Below, piece by piece: positions 60,782 to 64,000 of a stretch of DNA of 64,000 bases. Position numbers and translations under genes: made by a program. Below the pieces are notes generated by a model, which had not been told where the DNA came from, ran no database searches, and was given only the letters and a program-made list of their open reading frames with translations. How positions within the stretch are numbered: the first letter of the stretch is position 1; each line of letters begins with the position of its first letter. The stretch covers positions 1,426,001-1,490,000 of the forward strand of contig CM007992.1 of assembly GCA_002189035.1 (NCBI GenBank), written 5' to 3'. The stretch is from Utricularia gibba. Taxonomy: Eukaryota; Plantae; Magnoliophyta.

Positions 60782-62925
60782 ATGACGGGAGAAAAAGTGG
60801 CGACTGCTTCAGTTGCCGTGGCTACGGGAAGCGAAGTCCCGGAGGGTGAGGTTCCTCTGCTGAACGACGTCGTACAGGGCTCCGTTGACTTCAAAGGCCG
60901 GCCGTCTTTGCGATCCAAGTCCGGGAGTTGGAAATCGGCGTCATTCATCACTTGTGGGAGCAGTGCATGCCTTGTGTTTGTTGTGGATCTGTTCTGATTC
61001 CGGTGTCTGTGTCTGTTGTTTCGTTGAAATTCGAAAGAGACGATGGTTTTTTTTGGGTGCAGGTGCGGGTGTGGCGGAGAGATTTGCGTATTATGGAATA
61101 AGTTTGAATTTGGTGAGTTATTTAACTCATAATTTGGGACAGCCCACCGCCTCCGCCGCCGCTAACTTGAATGCCTGGTATGGGACGTCGTCGCTTTTGC
61201 CGATTGTCGGTGCCTTTGTCGCTGATAGCTTCGCCGGCCGGTTTCGGACGATTATCATCTCCTCCGTCCTCTACATCTTGGTAACTTCCCCCCCTTTTTT
61301 GGATTGAGTTTAAATCTCAGTTTTTACTCTCAGTAAATCCATCGGAGAATATGTTTACGAGTTTCTTCAATATTACCTCCTATCTGGGTCTGTGTTTTCT
61401 ATCTTGTTCCCTTATTTTTGGCTTGGCAATTCAAGGGAGTGAATCCAAAAGGCGGATAATGAAGGTTTGGGATGTTTTTCCTGAGTGTTTTCGTGTTGTG
61501 AATTACAGGGACTCTGTTTCTTGGCTCTCTCAAGTAAACTCACCTCAATCGACATGTCTCATTGCATTCGCAGCAAACATACTCCCTGTTCTCCGAATAA
61601 GTTTCAGATCAATTTCTTCTTCTTCTCACTGTACCTGGTGTCATTAGCTCAAGGAGGACTCATTCCCTGCATTGAAGCTTTTGGCGCTGATCAGTTTGAT
61701 GAAGATGTTGAAAAGGAATCGAAGGCCAAAAGTTCATTCTTCAACTGGTGGTATTGCCTGAGTGTTGGAGGCATCCTCGTGCCTCTACTATGCTTGACTT
61801 ACATTCAAGAGAATGTGAGCTGGGAGCTCGGATTCGGCATCCCTGCTTTCGTCATGTTCCTGGCTCTCATTGTCTTCTTGATCGGAACTTTAACTTATCG
61901 GTTCCGAGTCAATTCCGATCATCGGAACCCATTGGCCAGGATCTTCCATGTTCTCGTCCGAACGGTGAGAAATCGGCTTGCTCCCAGTGTCACCCCTTCC
62001 CCTGAACTAGAAGGCCATCATCATCCCTCTTCCCCTAGAGCTTCCTCTCATACCATGTAAGCAGAGTGACTTCACTTCTCTAAGTTTGCAACAAGCTTCT
62101 GAAAACTGCTGTTTTTCGATAGGTTTCTGGACAAAGCATTAGCTGCTTCAGACGAGGAGAGAATTAGCACTGTCGATGTGGAAGATGCCAAGGGGCTTCT
62201 GCGTCTAGTCCCGATCTGGTTCTCTTGTTTAGGCTACTCGATTGTGTATGCGCAGCCCTCAACTCTGTTCACAAAGCAAGCAGCCACACTCGACCGTCAC
62301 TTAACCTCCACATTCGAAATCCCTGCTGCTTCCCTTCAACAATGCTTCATCACCGCCGTGATCATGATCGGCCTCCCTCTCTATGACCGTCTTTTCGTCC
62401 CCTTTGCTCGGTCCATCACTCAAAGACCCCCGGCATCACCGTTCTACATCGGATCACATTCGGGTTATTCCTCTCCCTCATCTCCATCGTCTTCGCAGCT
62501 GTCGTCGAAGCCAAACGCCTCGCGATTGCGGCGGAGTACGGTCTGGATAATGACCCGACAGCATTGATTCCTATGAGCGTTTGGTGGCTGGCTCCACAGT
62601 ATGTCTTATCTGCCATGGCGGACATTTTCGCTATGGTTGGTTTACAGGAGTTCTTCTACGATCAAGTTCCCAATGATCTCAAAAGCATCGGACTGTCGAT
62701 GTACCTCAGTATTCTCGGGATCGGCAGCCTGTTGAGCAGTCTTCTCGTGTCCACGATTCAGCAGGCCACAAGCGGCGGCGCAGCGGCGGGTGGTTCTCCG
62801 ACAACCTGAACCGCGCGCATCTTGACTACTTCTACTGGGTGCTTGCCGTAATCGGCGCCGTCGGATTGGGCATCTTCCTTTGTTCCACCAGGTCTTACGT
62901 TCTTCGGACAAGTAGCAGCTTCTGA
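60782..62925 (+). CDS. NPF5: NRT1/PTR family transporter, NPF5 clade (NPF5.10-like); two -1 frameshifts as assembled
   Basis: [121 protein letters not shown]. Single-base deletions at 62427-62431 and ~62775-62790. The start codon is uncertain. Confidence 0.9.
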
Positions 62926-63114
62926 GCAGCGATCTTCTTGCATAGCCACCTCTTAATATGCTGCATATTGAAATGTGTACGGATCAATCATCAGTCAATA
63001 TTTCCATGGTCGTTGTTTCCCAAATTTTCATTTACGCTTTTAATCATCGCTCTAATTATATATTATCCTCATTTACTAAAAATTCATTTTAAAAAATATA
63101 TATGAAACATAATC

Positions 63115-63117
<3 letters not shown>

Positions 63118-63168
<51 letters not shown>
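63118..63168. repeat. (TA)n microsatellite
   Basis: About 25 TA units; a shorter (TA)n run lies at ~59856-59890. Confidence 0.9.
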
Positions 63169-63173
<5 letters not shown>

Positions 63174-64000
63174 TAAGAAAATTACACAAAAAATCTTAAG
63201 GTTTAACATGGTAAAATTAATCACTAATATTGTAATATAAATCGTGTAATTCGTCTACACTGACAAAATTGATCTCTAAAATTTTGTATATCTGATATAA
63301 GTAGTTCCCAAAATTTGACATATCGGATATAATTAGTTATAAGGTTTTGTATTTTAGAGGTCGTTTAATAGTAAGATATTAATTATAAAATAATTAAAAA
63401 CATATATATATTTAATTATATATAATGTTTGATATTCAAAAATAGAATTCTGAATATGTAATTAGTATAGATATAATTAATCATCTTCTCTTACTTTATT
63501 TGGGTATACCATTCATATGTTTAAAAAATGAATTATATGAATGATATAATTATATAAGACTAGTATACATATATTTGTTACTTAAATAACGATTTACATG
63601 TAAATTTGAATATAAATATTATATATTATATTATGTACTTTTGCACATTTGTGATTCCCTAATATTTAAAGATAGAGCAAAATTAGTTCTCTACAATTTA
63701 AAAGTTAGACACCATTAGTGAGGAATTAATTTTATCAAATTTTTAAACAATTATAAATTAATAAAGAGAATTATTTATATCAAATTGATTATTATAAAAA
63801 TATTATGGATCAATTTTTTATGGTACATTCATTTTGCCATTGTATTGAAACAGTAAATTAAAATAATAGTAAAAATATTAAAATAATAAGTATCAATATT
63901 AAATCATAGATGCGGTTAAGTAGTTCAATTTGTCGGTGGAGAGGTCGATTTTGAAAGGGAGGAAGATGGGTTGTTTAGAAGTCTAGAAAAGAGCGCAGCG

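Noticed and set aside
1-64000. CRISPR arrays, rRNA, tRNA or prokaryotic systems
   Set aside because: None seen; the sequence is spliceosomal-intron-containing plant nuclear DNA, and the only tRNA-related sequence is the retroelement PBS.

Overview
Plant (eudicot) nuclear DNA: compact, spliced genes with short introns (mostly 65-100 nt) separated by very AT-rich spacers and transposons. Gene order: divergent TGA bZIP (+), three tandem PMEI genes (+) with a fragmented second TGA between copies 1 and 2, ANT-like AP2 gene (-), subgroup-4 R2R3-MYB repressor (-), degenerate RanBPM-like gene (-), V-ATPase subunit G (-), SAC1/FIG4-type phosphoinositide phosphatase (+), CDKAL1-type tRNA methylthiotransferase (+), LEA/DUF4149 protein (+), GSA aminomutase (-), TAF12b (+) and an NPF5 transporter (+). 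Transposons: a ~0.85 kb foldback element with telomeric motifs, a 4.9 kb Mutator element with a 10 bp TSD just after the CDKAL1 stop codon, and a 9.6 kb Tat-lineage Ty3/gypsy element (5 bp TSD, tRNA-Lys PBS, PR/RT deleted, antisense ORF, nested Harbinger-like Myb fragment). I see no clear-cut new multi-gene system. The best leads are single-gene changes: an NPF5 that has lost both the first Glu of ExxER and the TM4 Lys (proton-coupling network), a TAF12b whose N-terminus is ~18 Q/N-rich decapeptide repeats, a TGA with an AP-1-like KCR basic region and a decayed N-terminus, and PMEIs with two extra conserved Cys. Several 1-bp deletions at short homopolymers in otherwise well-conserved genes suggest consensus errors, so frameshift-based pseudogene calls are provisional. 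All homology statements come from my recall of the families; no searches were run.
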